DNA of 64,000 nucleotides from a candidate division FCPU426 bacterium (GTDB lineage Bacteria > Oederibacteriota > Muellerivitia > Muellerivitales > Muellerivitaceae): contig CAVTWJ010000023.1 of the NCBI GenBank assembly GCA_963738405.1, forward strand, positions 377,826 to 441,825, given 5' to 3'. The notes beneath the pieces were generated by a model that was not told the origin of the DNA, ran no database searches, and saw only the letters and a program-made list of their open reading frames with translations. The stretch's first letter is position 1; each line of letters starts with the position of its first letter. The translations under genes were made by a program, and so were the position numbers. Positions 47,729 through 57,398 of this stretch are shown here, piece after piece.

Positions 47729-48046
47729 TTAGGAGCGGCGTTCCCCGTTTGAGGGTTTGGAACTCGCACCCTTGCGGCGGTCCTTGGTATAGAGGACCAG
47801 GTTATCCCCCGCCTTTCGGTAGATATCTTTGCTTTTCTTGTCCCAATAGAGGCCGTGGCCCAGAGGCCTCATGTCGCCCTGGAATTCGTCGGCCCTTTTA
47901 CGCCGGTCAATCGCCACCGGGCGTGAAGAGCGCCTGCGGTCATGCAGGACCTGGATATAGCGGTCCCCCTGTTTCTTCAGGATGACTTTTTGCGCCGGAT
48001 CAAAAAAGAAATTCCCGGTCAATTTAACGTAACTGGATTCAGCCAT
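47729..48046 (-). CDS. Small basic protein made of two tandem repeats ending in DRR/ERR motifs
   Basis: GGGAGGA RBS before ATG 48046; visible internal duplication. Confidence 0.75.
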   Translation of the reverse strand: MAESSYVKLTGNFFFDPAQKVILKKQGDRYIQVLHDRRRSSRPVAIDRRKRADEFQGDMRPLGHGLYWDKKSKDIYRKAGDNLVLYTKDRRKGASSKPSNGERRS

Positions 48047-48114
48047 TGGTTCCTCCCAGCTGACATTTATATCAATAGAATAAAAAAGTTCACCGCGCGA
48101 CTCAACAGCACAGT

Positions 48115-49668
48115 TTATTCCTTTTCCAGGCCGTTTCCCTGGTTCAAAACGTAAAATTCTAATCCCTGTGTGTCCGCGCCAGGTCCGAAGTTCACCCTCG
48201 CGTAGTTTTGACTTAAACCCGCGTTCAGCCAATCCGGCGGGGGAATCACCTGGGGGGATCGGGAGACCACGCAGAATCGCGGAAGTTGTTTGGAAAACCG
48301 GGCGAAGGTCTCTTTCTCCTCCGAGGTCAGATATTGAAGGTGGTTGATGACAGGTGTGCGAGTCACCGCCATGGGAAGCCCCGAATAGGCGTAAAGGGAA
48401 GGTTCGCAGGCCCAGCAAAAAAGTTTATCCCCCGGCTGGGCCGCCCGGCGGAGCATCAGCCCCATGTTCCGGTCCGTCTCAAGCCTATCGGTGGCGTACT
48501 GGCAGAGGGAAAAGAGCTTCTCCCCCACCCCGCCCAGATTGAGCCCCGAGGCCAGGGCAACGCCCAAGACCCAGCCGCAAAGCAGGCCCGCCGGAACAAT
48601 TTTCTTGCCCAGACCCTCCCCCAGCACAAAACCTAAGGCCAAGCTCAAGGGCGGAAGGAGGACAATAAAGTAATAGGAGAAAAAATAGGCGCTTAAAAAG
48701 CAGGAAGCCAAAGCCCCGCCAAACCAAAGTCCCAGAAAAAATTTCGCGGTCCGTTCCGGCGTCCCCTGTTGAACCTCCGGGGTTTCCATCCCTTTGGGCC
48801 ACTTGGAGGATGGTTCTGGAACCTCCGGCTTAATGAAGAGAAAATAAACCCATCCGCCGACCGGGAGGCCATAAAGCAGCAGGAAAGGCCTCAGCCATTG
48901 AAGCTCAAAGTCACGGAAGGGCTGGGAGGAAAGAAAAAAACTCCAGCTACGGGAAACATAGTAGCGGTTGAAATGGGCGAAGGCGTCCCAAAAGCCGGGG
49001 AAACGCCCGTCCAGGATGAAGGGAAAAAGTAAAACCGAAAGGGAAACCGCGGCCCCAATCGCCCAGGCTCCCGCCTTACGCCCATCCCTTAACGCCGGAA
49101 TGGCCATAAAGGCCGGCAAGACCATCCCCGCGCTTTGCTTGGTCAGGAAGGCCATGGCGAAGAAGCCGCCGGAAAGAAAGGGGGCGACCCAGCCGGGGGA
49201 AAAGGCCAGCACCAAGGAAAGCAAAAGAAAGGGCAGGCCCAAAAGGTCCGCCTCCGCGCTCCAGGGCTGGAGCAGGGCCGGAAAGAGAAAGAGAACGTAG
49301 ATAAAGGCCGCCCCCCAATAACCCAGCCGGCTGAAACCCAGTTTGCGGCCCAGCCGGGTGATAAGCAGGGCGTTGATAAAATGAACCAGGCAGGCGTAAA
49401 GCCTCAGGTGGACTTCATCGAGCGGCATCACCCGGCTCAGGAGGCCGTACTGGAGGAAAAGGCCGGGAGGCTTGTGGTCCCAGAGGTCGCGGTAAAGCTG
49501 AAGGCCCCGCCCCATCTGGAGGGCGTAGAAACTGTAAAAGCCCTCGTTGTCGCCTAAGGGAATGGCCAGGTAAGGCCATTGGGAAAGAAACACGAGAACC
49601 GCCAAGACGGCCAGCAGGAGGAGTGAAACCAGTATCGGACTTTCAGCGCCCCGCTGGGTTGGGCTCAT
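48115..49668 (-). CDS. ArnT/PMT-like GT-C membrane glycosyltransferase
   Basis: DNEGFY...LYRDLWDHKPPG first-loop motif, TKQ motif, many TM segments. Confidence 0.8.
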   Translation of the reverse strand: MSPTQRGAESPILVSLLLLAVLAVLVFLSQWPYLAIPLGDNEGFYSFYALQMGRGLQLYRDLWDHKPPGLFLQYGLLSRVMPLDEVHLRLYACLVHFINALLITRLGRKLGFSRLGYWGAAFIYVLFLFPALLQPWSAEADLLGLPFLLLSLVLAFSPGWVAPFLSGGFFAMAFLTKQSAGMVLPAFMAIPALRDGRKAGAWAIGAAVSLSVLLFPFILDGRFPGFWDAFAHFNRYYVSRSWSFFLSSQPFRDFELQWLRPFLLLYGLPVGGWVYFLFIKPEVPEPSSKWPKGMETPEVQQGTPERTAKFFLGLWFGGALASCFLSAYFFSYYFIVLLPPLSLALGFVLGEGLGKKIVPAGLLCGWVLGVALASGLNLGGVGEKLFSLCQYATDRLETDRNMGLMLRRAAQPGDKLFCWACEPSLYAYSGLPMAVTRTPVINHLQYLTSEEKETFARFSKQLPRFCVVSRSPQVIPPPDWLNAGLSQNYARVNFGPGADTQGLEFYVLNQGNGLEKE

Positions 49669-51329
49669 TGGGTTTTAAAGTGCTCCACCATCTGGTGCAG
49701 TTCCTCGGCCATGGCGGAGAGTTCCTTGAAGGTCGCGGTGATCTGCTCCATGCTGGCGGTCTGCTCCTGGGTGGAGGCCGAGACCTCCTCGGTGGAGGCC
49801 GCCGATTCCTCCGAGACCGCGTTGATGTCCTGGATGCTGTTGACGATCTTGTTGTAGCGCTGGTTCTGCAGGCTGGTCAGTTCGGTGATGCCCTTGGTGA
49901 AGCGCACCACGTCCTCGATGACCGAGACGATCTCGTCGAGCGAATGTTCCATAGTCTTGATGCCGTCCCGACTCACCTGGATCTCGTTGGCGCTTTTTTC
50001 CATGGAGGTGACGGCATGCTGGGTGTCGTCCTGAATCTCCTGGATGAGGGACCCGATTTCGCCGGTGGCCTTGCCCACCCGGTCGGCCAGGGAGCGGATC
50101 TCATCCGCCACCACCGCGAAACCTTTTCCCTGCTCTCCGGCCCGGGCGGCCTCGATGGCGGCGTTGAGGGAAAGCAGGTTGGTTTGTTCCGAGATGCCCG
50201 AGATGAGCTCCACGACCCGGCCGATTTCCTTGCTCTTGGCCCCCAGGCGGTGGATGCCCTCGGAGTTCTTGATGATGGTTTCATTGAGGGTGGTGATGCG
50301 CTCAATGGTTCCCCGCGCCAGCTTGCCCCCCGCCTGGGCCGTATGGGTGGCCTTATCCACGGCGCCCGAGGCCTCGGCGGCCTTTTTCTCGACCTCCTTC
50401 ATGCTGTCTTGCATTTCCTGCATGAGGTGGTGGACCTCGGCGATCTTGGAGGCCTGCTCCTCCGCTCCCTTGGCGATCTGCTGAATGGTGGTGGAAACAT
50501 CCTCGCTCATGGAGCTTACTTCGGCTGTGGACTGGTTCATGCCCTGCACCTGCTCGGAAAGCCTTAGGGAATGCTCGGAGACCCGGGACACCATGGCCCG
50601 GATCTTTCCGATGAATAAATTAAACTGGGCCGCCAGGTCCCCCACCTCGTCACGGGATTGGACCCGGATTTGAAAGGTCAGATCGGCCTCGCCCCGGGCC
50701 AAAGCGGTCATTTCAGTCCGGATGGCGTTTACGGGCTTCACCACCAGTTGGACCAGCAGAGAAGTCAAAACCAGCGTGACCAGCAGGGCCGCCAGCCCCG
50801 CCTTGAGGATGGTTTGAAGGATAAAGATATGAATCTCCCGATCCACCGAAGAAAGGGGAACCTCCAGCCGAATGCCTCCCAACAGACTTCCATTCGCATC
50901 CATCAGGGGGGCGACGTACTTTAAAACGAGCCCTGAGGCGGTCTGAATCCTCTCCATGACGGGTTCCTTCCGAACCTGGGCCTCGTTAAGGCCGTGGCGC
51001 AGGTCGTTGAGGGAAGACTCATAGCTGGGATCACCCAGGCTGTGGACGTAAACCTTTCCCTGGGGATCGAAAAGGGTGAAGTCGTAAAGCCCGAACTGAG
51101 TGGTCAACTCGGTGACGAGCTCCGAGAGGTTGGCGAACTTCTCTTTTTGAATGTCTTTCGTGAATTCCGAATTCAGGGCCCGGGTGGTGGCGAGGATGGA
51201 TTGGATCTGCCGGTCAAAAAGAATGTGGCGCTGGCTGTCGATTTCGAGGAACCCGAAGACGCCCTCGATCAAAAAAGTGCAGGCGGCGACGCAGAGGGCG
51301 ATTTTAAAACTCAGCTTTCGGGTAAACAA
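49665..51329 (-). CDS. Methyl-accepting chemotaxis protein
   Basis: Two TM helices, HAMP (DEVGDLAAQFN), ISEQTNLLSLNAAIEAARAGEQGKGFAVVADEIR. Confidence 0.95.
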   Translation of the reverse strand: MFTRKLSFKIALCVAACTFLIEGVFGFLEIDSQRHILFDRQIQSILATTRALNSEFTKDIQKEKFANLSELVTELTTQFGLYDFTLFDPQGKVYVHSLGDPSYESSLNDLRHGLNEAQVRKEPVMERIQTASGLVLKYVAPLMDANGSLLGGIRLEVPLSSVDREIHIFILQTILKAGLAALLVTLVLTSLLVQLVVKPVNAIRTEMTALARGEADLTFQIRVQSRDEVGDLAAQFNLFIGKIRAMVSRVSEHSLRLSEQVQGMNQSTAEVSSMSEDVSTTIQQIAKGAEEQASKIAEVHHLMQEMQDSMKEVEKKAAEASGAVDKATHTAQAGGKLARGTIERITTLNETIIKNSEGIHRLGAKSKEIGRVVELISGISEQTNLLSLNAAIEAARAGEQGKGFAVVADEIRSLADRVGKATGEIGSLIQEIQDDTQHAVTSMEKSANEIQVSRDGIKTMEHSLDEIVSVIEDVVRFTKGITELTSLQNQRYNKIVNSIQDINAVSEESAASTEEVSASTQEQTASMEQITATFKELSAMAEELHQMVEHFKTQ

Positions 51330-51392
51330 AGGGGGCCTTTCGGGTTGGACTGGAGGCGAGAACTATTTTAACAGGTAGGAACTCCCTTTGGC

Positions 51393-52586
51393 TTACTTGC
51401 TTTTAACCGGGTCCTTCGACGGCTCCTCGTCATCGAGGAAAGAACTCATCATTTCCAAGCCCTTAATGACCGCGGGAAGGGCCTGGAAGAATTCGTTTAA
51501 TTCCTCTCCCGTGTTGTGTCGGCCGAAGCTGAACCTCAGGCCCTGCTTGGCCTCCTTCGGGCTTCGCCCCATGGCCAAAAGCACGGGCGAAGGAGGGGCC
51601 GATCCGGCCGCGCAGGCGGCCCCGGAAGAGAGGGCGTATCCCCGGGCGTCCAGGCTGTGCACCAGGGTCTCTCCCTGCAGGTCCTTGAGCGAGACGTTCA
51701 CCAGTCCGGGAACGCGCTGGTCGGGGTTCTCGGGCCCGTTGATGCGGGCGTCCGGGAAAAGCGCCCGCCATTTTTCCTGGAAGAGCTGGGCCAATACCCT
51801 CAGGCGGCCCTGTTCCACCGCGTCAGCGCAAAGTTTTTTGGCGGCCTCGGCGAGCCCCACGATGCCCGCCACGTTCTCGGTGCCGCCCCGCCGGTCCCTT
51901 TCCTGCCCTCCGCCTTGGATCAAGGGCACCAGCTCCCGGCCCTTGCGCTGGTAGTAAAAGCCAACGCCCTTGGGGCCGTAGATCTTGTGGCCGGAGACGG
52001 AAAGAAAATTGATGGATTGCTTTTCCGGATCCAGGGGAATCTTGCCGTAGGCCTGCACCGCGTCCGTGTGGAAAGGAACTCCGTAGCCTTTGGCGATGTT
52101 GCCGATCTCGCCGATGGGCTGGATCGTCCCCACCTCGTTGTTGGCGGCCATGATGGATATAAGGAAGGTTTCGCCGGGGCGGATGGCCTTTTCAACCTCC
52201 CTCGCGGAAATAAGACCCTTGGAATCGACCCCCACAACGGTCACGCTGTAGCCCCGGCCCGAAAGGTAATCGGCGCATTCCCGCACACAGCTGTGTTCCA
52301 CCGCGGAAATGATGAGATGCCGGGACTTGGCAGGGGAGGCCAGAGCCGCGCCCTTGAGAATGGTGTTGACGCTTTCCGTGCCGCCGGAAGTGAAGACGAT
52401 TTCTTTGGGATCGCAGGAGAGGGTGGCGGCAATGGTTTCGCGGGATCTTTCCAAGGCCGCGCGGGCTTCCCGGCCGTAATGGTGCACGCTGGAGGGGTTC
52501 CCGAAATCGCCGGTCAGGTAGGGCCGCATGGCCTCCAGGACGGACTCATCCAGCGGGGTGGTGGCGGCATGGTCGAAATAATGCAT
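51393..52586 (-). CDS. iscS: Cysteine desulfurase (IscS/NifS group I)
   Basis: YFDHAATTP, GNPSS, FTSGGTE, HTDAVQ, SGHKIYGPKG, SSGAAC. Confidence 0.9.
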   Translation of the reverse strand: MHYFDHAATTPLDESVLEAMRPYLTGDFGNPSSVHHYGREARAALERSRETIAATLSCDPKEIVFTSGGTESVNTILKGAALASPAKSRHLIISAVEHSCVRECADYLSGRGYSVTVVGVDSKGLISAREVEKAIRPGETFLISIMAANNEVGTIQPIGEIGNIAKGYGVPFHTDAVQAYGKIPLDPEKQSINFLSVSGHKIYGPKGVGFYYQRKGRELVPLIQGGGQERDRRGGTENVAGIVGLAEAAKKLCADAVEQGRLRVLAQLFQEKWRALFPDARINGPENPDQRVPGLVNVSLKDLQGETLVHSLDARGYALSSGAACAAGSAPPSPVLLAMGRSPKEAKQGLRFSFGRHNTGEELNEFFQALPAVIKGLEMMSSFLDDEEPSKDPVKSK

Positions 52587-52676
52587 AGGTCGAATCCCTT
52601 TCAGATGGGCGCCAGTCTAACATCCACCCGCCGTCAAATGAAGCTAAGCGGGGCCGGAACATCTCGGGGAGACCGG

Positions 52677-53249
52677 TTAATTCATCGGCTTCCCGCGTAA
52701 AAGATACGCCAACAAACCTTCCCACTCCACGGTTTGAATTTCAGCTAAAAGCCGATAAGCGGGAGAAGCGGGGTCTTCTTCCCGGTAGGCGTCGGCTAAG
52801 TCCACAAAGAGCTTCGGCTCCCAGGCCTTGGCGGCTGAAAGTTTTTTCTGGAAAGGTTCCAGCTCGGTTACCGGCTTGCGGGCCAAAACCGCGAGGGCTT
52901 GTTGGCCGATTTCCCTGCGGACCTCCTTCGGCATCTCGGTGCGTTGATACCAGTATTTGGAGTTTCCCGCGTCCGGCTCCCTGCGGTGGGCGATGGCGTG
53001 AATCCAGTTCCCGACCAGTCCTTCATGATCCTGGGCGATTTGATGGGCCTCGTCGAAGCCGTCGAAATAGAGATAGAGGACGGCTTTTAATAGAAGAAGT
53101 TGTTCATCCCGCATCCCTTTGATTTCAAGGGACGAAACGGCCTTTAAACCTTCCTTCACCGGTTTCCCGTGCTCCAGAAACTCAAAGGGTTTGGGCGCAC
53201 CGGGAGGAATAATATCCAAAATTTTTTGAAGGGACTTGGGCCAGGACAT
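52677..53249 (-). CDS. Conserved hypothetical helical protein
   Basis: AHQIAQD...WIHAIAHRREPDAGNSKYWY; 2 nt from the upstream gene stop. Confidence 0.75.
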   Translation of the reverse strand: MSWPKSLQKILDIIPPGAPKPFEFLEHGKPVKEGLKAVSSLEIKGMRDEQLLLLKAVLYLYFDGFDEAHQIAQDHEGLVGNWIHAIAHRREPDAGNSKYWYQRTEMPKEVRREIGQQALAVLARKPVTELEPFQKKLSAAKAWEPKLFVDLADAYREEDPASPAYRLLAEIQTVEWEGLLAYLLRGKPMN

Positions 53250-53251
53250 TT

Positions 53252-54268
53252 CTAGGGAACCAGAAGAACCTTGCCCAGGTTCTTGCGTTCTTCCATGAAC
53301 TGGTGGGCGCTGGCAGCCTCAGAAAAGAAATAACTGCGGTCCACATGAGGCTTGACCCAGCCTTCCTTGACGCCTTTCAAAATTTCCATGAACCAGCCCC
53401 GGGTCTTGTCCGCCTCCTCCCAAAGATGGCCCAGGTTGACCCCGAAGGTTCCCTTGTTCTCGTTCATGAGTGTCAGGGGATTGTAGAGGGGCACTTGGGT
53501 CAAGAGCTTGAGAAAGGCCCAAAGGGGCGGGGATTTTTTCTCCGACGCGTTGGAAATGCCGAACATCCCTAAACGGCCGGTGGCGCGGAGCAGGCGGTAG
53601 TTCTTTTTCCAGTAGGAACCGCCCACCGGGTCCAGGATCAGGTCCACACCCTTGCCGTGAGTGAGGTCCCAAACCTTGGCTTCCCAATCCTCCGTGCGAT
53701 AATCGATGGGGTGGTCGAGCCCTAAGTGCCGCAGGGTTTCGTGCTTGGCCGAGCTGGCGGTGCCAAAAGTCACGGCGCCGATATGCTTGGCTAGTTGGAG
53801 CGCCGCCAGGCCTACCCCGCCCCCCGCGTTATGGATCAAAACGGACTCTCCCTTTCTCAGGCTTCCCATCACCACAACCAGCTGGTAGGCGGTGAGGTAA
53901 TTGACCGGCAGGGCCGCCGACTGCTCGAAGGTGAGGCCGACGGGCTTTTCGAAGATCTGGTTTTGGGAGAGGGTGACCCTTTCGGAATATCCGCCAAAGC
54001 GGGTGAAAGCCACCACGCCTTTGCCTTCCCATTGCGGGTCCGCGTTTAATCCGACCGATTCCACCACCCCCGCGATCTCGTAACCCACCACACAGGGGGG
54101 CTTGGGAGCGTCGGGATAGAGTCCCTTGCGGGCCATGAGGTCGGCGAAGTTGAGACCCGCCGCCTTGACCGCCACCGTCACCTGGCCCTGGCCCGGCGGG
54201 TCGGAAGGGCCCTCCCGCAGCTGAAGCACTTCGGGCCCGCCGTACTTGGTGATCCATACCTGTTTCAT
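53252..54268 (-). CDS. MDR-family NAD(P)H oxidoreductase (VAT-1-like)
   Basis: GLNFADLMAR.G.Y, PVNYLTAY, AGGGVG, RKNLGKVLL. Confidence 0.9.
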   Translation of the reverse strand: MKQVWITKYGGPEVLQLREGPSDPPGQGQVTVAVKAAGLNFADLMARKGLYPDAPKPPCVVGYEIAGVVESVGLNADPQWEGKGVVAFTRFGGYSERVTLSQNQIFEKPVGLTFEQSAALPVNYLTAYQLVVVMGSLRKGESVLIHNAGGGVGLAALQLAKHIGAVTFGTASSAKHETLRHLGLDHPIDYRTEDWEAKVWDLTHGKGVDLILDPVGGSYWKKNYRLLRATGRLGMFGISNASEKKSPPLWAFLKLLTQVPLYNPLTLMNENKGTFGVNLGHLWEEADKTRGWFMEILKGVKEGWVKPHVDRSYFFSEAASAHQFMEERKNLGKVLLVP

Positions 54269-54296
54269 TCCCTGTCCCTTCGCGGTCGGCTTCGGT

Positions 54297-54719
54297 TTAT
54301 TCCGAAATCACTGTAAGGGAAGTGGTAATGGGAGTCGAGGCCTTCAACATGGACCAGACGGGGCAGACCCTTTCCTCGGCGTCGGATAAAACCGCCCGCA
54401 CCTTTTCCTCCTCCAGCCCCAGCCCCTTCACCTGAAACTCCATGTGAATTTCGGTGAAAACCGTGGGATGCTCATCCCGCCGTTTAGCCCTCACCCGGAC
54501 CTCCAAGCCAGTAAAAGTTTGCCGGGTTTTTCTTAAAAGAAGGGCCAGCGTGTTCCCCGCGCATCCCGCCAGGCTGGCCAGGAGCGTTTCCAGAGGTTTG
54601 AACCCGGCGGGATCTTCCCCCTGGAGGGGATAATCCATGAGAAGCTGATGGGTTCCGGCTTGGGCTAGAATTTTCATCTCGCCCTGGTGGACAGCGGTGA
54701 GGGACATTTCAGTGGGCAT
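54297..54719 (-). CDS. OsmC family protein
   Basis: PLETLLASLAGC...CPV two-Cys motif. Confidence 0.88.
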   Translation of the reverse strand: MPTEMSLTAVHQGEMKILAQAGTHQLLMDYPLQGEDPAGFKPLETLLASLAGCAGNTLALLLRKTRQTFTGLEVRVRAKRRDEHPTVFTEIHMEFQVKGLGLEEEKVRAVLSDAEERVCPVWSMLKASTPITTSLTVISE

Positions 54720-54787
54720 GAGGCATTCCTTTACCCGTAATGCTCCCCACTTAAGGATTAGCTTAATCCCGCCGGGTTCTTCAGGGC

Positions 54788-54821
54788 AAAAAAAAGCCCC
54801 TCGCCCAATCGGGGAAGGGCT
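54788..54821 (-). terminator. Intrinsic terminator
   Basis: Minus strand agcccttcccc-gatt-gggcgaggggct-ttttttt. Confidence 0.7.
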
Positions 54822-54839
54822 CTGAGCCGATAAACCAGC

Positions 54840-55625
54840 CTAATCGACTCGCTTCATGCGCACTCCAAAATCCACGTTGTTCTTGACCCACCTCAAGAAC
54901 AGGTCCTGCTTGTCCATGCCCTCATTTGGAAGGAAGATTTTCGGGTCCTTCCAGGTTTCCATGACCGGAGCCTCCTGGGTCCAGATCTTGACCCTCTTGC
55001 GGGGAATGGCGCTTTCCCATTTCTTGCCGACCTCGGGGCTGGTATAGAGCAGCCGCAAGGTCACGTTGCGGGAAAGCTTTTCCATGGGCGACAGGTTGAT
55101 GCCCCGGTAGTCGTGGCGGCCGTTTTTCCCCGGCATGTCCAGCTGCCCGTCGGACACCATCACCACCGACAGGGGCCGCAAGATCATCTTGCGGTCCTTG
55201 ACCATCTCGGTCACCTTGTCGAAAAAGGCGTTGTAGTCCGTATAGGCGTCCTCCTTGTCCTTCGGGAAAATTTCCAAAAGCTTCGCCTCGATCTCCTCGG
55301 GCGTCTTGTTCTGGAAAGTCTCGATGGGGTAGAAAACCTTGGGCTCGCCCTTCTTATCCCCCCCTATGGAACCCACGAAAAGCGCGGCGGGTTTCTCCAT
55401 GTCCTCCAGACCGTTCAAATGGGCGTAAATATAGCGGGCCAAGAAATGCATGGAGTCGTCAAAGTCCGGCCCCTTGAGGAAGGACCCGCTCACATCCACC
55501 CCCACAAACATCACCAGCCGGGGCTGGGGGGTGAAGTCGAAAAGCGATCCCCCCGCCTGGGCCGCCGCCAATCCCGCGAAAGCCAGCGGGGCCAGCCATT
55601 TCAAGACCTTCATGAACCGGTTCAT
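54840..55625 (-). CDS. Secreted vWA-like (MIDAS) domain protein
   Basis: Signal peptide; VGVDVSGS (DxSxS), TDY, VSDG. Confidence 0.65.
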   Translation of the reverse strand: MNRFMKVLKWLAPLAFAGLAAAQAGGSLFDFTPQPRLVMFVGVDVSGSFLKGPDFDDSMHFLARYIYAHLNGLEDMEKPAALFVGSIGGDKKGEPKVFYPIETFQNKTPEEIEAKLLEIFPKDKEDAYTDYNAFFDKVTEMVKDRKMILRPLSVVMVSDGQLDMPGKNGRHDYRGINLSPMEKLSRNVTLRLLYTSPEVGKKWESAIPRKRVKIWTQEAPVMETWKDPKIFLPNEGMDKQDLFLRWVKNNVDFGVRMKRVD

Positions 55626-55836
55626 GGATGCGCCTGCGCTTGGGGCTGGGCCGGGGGCGGCACCGCCACCAGCTTCGGCGGCGTTGTTTTCTTCTTCCCC
55701 TTGGGACCTAAGGGCTTGGCCTCCAAAAGCTCCCGGGAGCGCATGATTTCCCTGAAGTTTTTAAAGGGCAGATCAAATAGATGCCGGCTCGCAATCAACA
55801 GAATGAAGAAATTGACCACCGCCGAGACCACCTGAA
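55622..55836 (-). CDS. 3' fragment of a membrane protein gene, truncated at the junction
   Basis: ATGA-coupled to the vWA gene; upstream the frame runs into antisense panB with no RBS or start. Confidence 0.5.
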
Positions 55837-56143
55837 CAAAGCCATTGAAAAAGCCGGCGCATTCGCGATAGTTGCGGAAAAAGTATTGGCCAAGACAACT
55901 TCCATGATAACCAAATCCGTCGGGATACCCGTGCTGGGAATAGGCTCCGGCCCCGATTGTGACGGCCAGGTACTGGTCACACCCGACCTGCTCGGCGCTT
56001 TTGAGGATTTCACGCCGAAATTCGTCAGGAAATATGACAATACCTCGGCCCGTTCGGTAAAGGCCCTGGGCAAATTTGTAAAAGACGTAAGGACCGGGAA
56101 ATTCCCCGGAAAAAAATACTATTATCAGGCCGGTAAAAAATGA
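55837..56143 (+). CDS. panB: Ketopantoate hydroxymethyltransferase, 3' fragment
   Basis: KAIEKAGAFAIVAE...IPVLGIGSGPDCDGQVLV..DLLG...PKFVRKY; the N-terminal ~60% is absent. Confidence 0.9.
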
Positions 56144-56988
56144 AAATTATAACCACCCTGGCCGACATGGCTGAATATTCGGCAAAACTCAAAAAACGCG
56201 GCCACACCGCCGGTTTTGTTCCGACCATGGGAGCTCTTCATGAGGGGCATTTGTCGCTTGTGAGCGCCGCTTCGGATGAAAATGAAAAAGTCATAGTGAG
56301 CATATTTGTAAACCCCACCCAGTTCGGGCCGGGCGAGGATTTTGAAAAATACCCGAGGCCCATAAAGAAGGACCTGAAAATGCTTAAAAGCACGGGCAAA
56401 GTCGACTGCGTTTTCACTCCGGACAGGGATATGATGTACCCCCAGGGGGCCGCGACAACAGTGACCGTGGAAAACGAAATGACAAGCGTGCTTTGCGGCG
56501 CGTCCAGGCCCGGGCATTTTAAAGGCGTAACCACCATCGTCGCGCAGTTACTGAACCTGGTAAAGCCGGACAGGCTTTATCTCGGGCAGAAAGACGCGCA
56601 GCAGGCCATAATACTTTCCAAAATGATAATAGACATGCATTACAACACCCTGCCGGTCATCTGCCCCATTGTCAGGGAAAAAGACGGGCTTGCGTTAAGC
56701 TCCAGGAACGCGTATTTGACGCCGGAGCAGCGGGACACGGCGCCTGTTTTATATAAGTCATTACAGATGGCTGAAAGTATGGTAGAATTAGGCGAAAGAT
56801 CGGCTGAAACGCTCAAAAAAGAAATACGCCGCAAGATAAAGGAAGCCGGAGTAGAGATAGACTATGTGGAAACGGTCGACGCGGCCGCTTTGACAGGCGT
56901 GGAGCAGATATCAGGGAAAGTACTCATAGCGGCGGCGATCTTTGTGGGAAAAACAAGGCTTATAGACAATACCATAATAACCATTTAA
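56140..56988 (+). CDS. panC: Pantoate-beta-alanine ligase
   Basis: FVPTMGALHEGH, SIFVNPTQF, RPGHFKGV, GQKDAQQ, DGLALSSRN, RLIDN. Confidence 0.97.
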   Translation: MKIITTLADMAEYSAKLKKRGHTAGFVPTMGALHEGHLSLVSAASDENEKVIVSIFVNPTQFGPGEDFEKYPRPIKKDLKMLKSTGKVDCVFTPDRDMMYPQGAATTVTVENEMTSVLCGASRPGHFKGVTTIVAQLLNLVKPDRLYLGQKDAQQAIILSKMIIDMHYNTLPVICPIVREKDGLALSSRNAYLTPEQRDTAPVLYKSLQMAESMVELGERSAETLKKEIRRKIKEAGVEIDYVETVDAAALTGVEQISGKVLIAAAIFVGKTRLIDNTIITI

Positions 56989-57029
56989 ACTAAAGGCGCC
57001 AATAGGAACAAAATTTACGGAGGTAATTC

Positions 57030-57380
57030 ATGTTTGTTGAGATGTTAAAATCAAAGATACACAGGGCCACTGTAACCGACAAGCACCTGGAATACGAAGG
57101 CAGTATAACCATAGACGAGGCGCTGATGCTGGCTTCAGACATCTGCGAGAATGAAAAAGTGCACGTCCTGAACATAAACAACGGCGAAAGGTTTGAAACA
57201 TACGTAATAAAGGGGAAAAAGAACTCGGGCGCCATATGCATCAACGGCGCGGCCGCAAGGCTCGCGGAGAAAAAGGACATAATCATCATCGTCTCATACG
57301 GCATGATGGAGGCCAAGGACCGGGCGTCTTTCAAACCCAGGATAGTGAAAGTAAATTCGTCGAACAAAATAATAAAATAG
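57030..57380 (+). CDS. panD: Aspartate 1-decarboxylase
   Basis: KSKIHRATVT, YEG|SITID self-cleavage site, NGERFETY, NGAAAR. Confidence 0.97.
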   Translation: MFVEMLKSKIHRATVTDKHLEYEGSITIDEALMLASDICENEKVHVLNINNGERFETYVIKGKKNSGAICINGAAARLAEKKDIIIIVSYGMMEAKDRASFKPRIVKVNSSNKIIK

Positions 57381-57398
57381 AAACCGGCGGTGCGTCAA

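Noticed and set aside
47729..48418. 229-aa ORF as called in the track
   Set aside because: Its first half overlaps the GT-C gene in another frame; the strong RBS supports a start at 48046.
55781..55836. N-terminus MPARNQQ... of the 120-aa ORF as a real PanB start
   Set aside because: It is the antisense of the truncated minus-strand gene; PanB similarity begins only at KAIEKAG.
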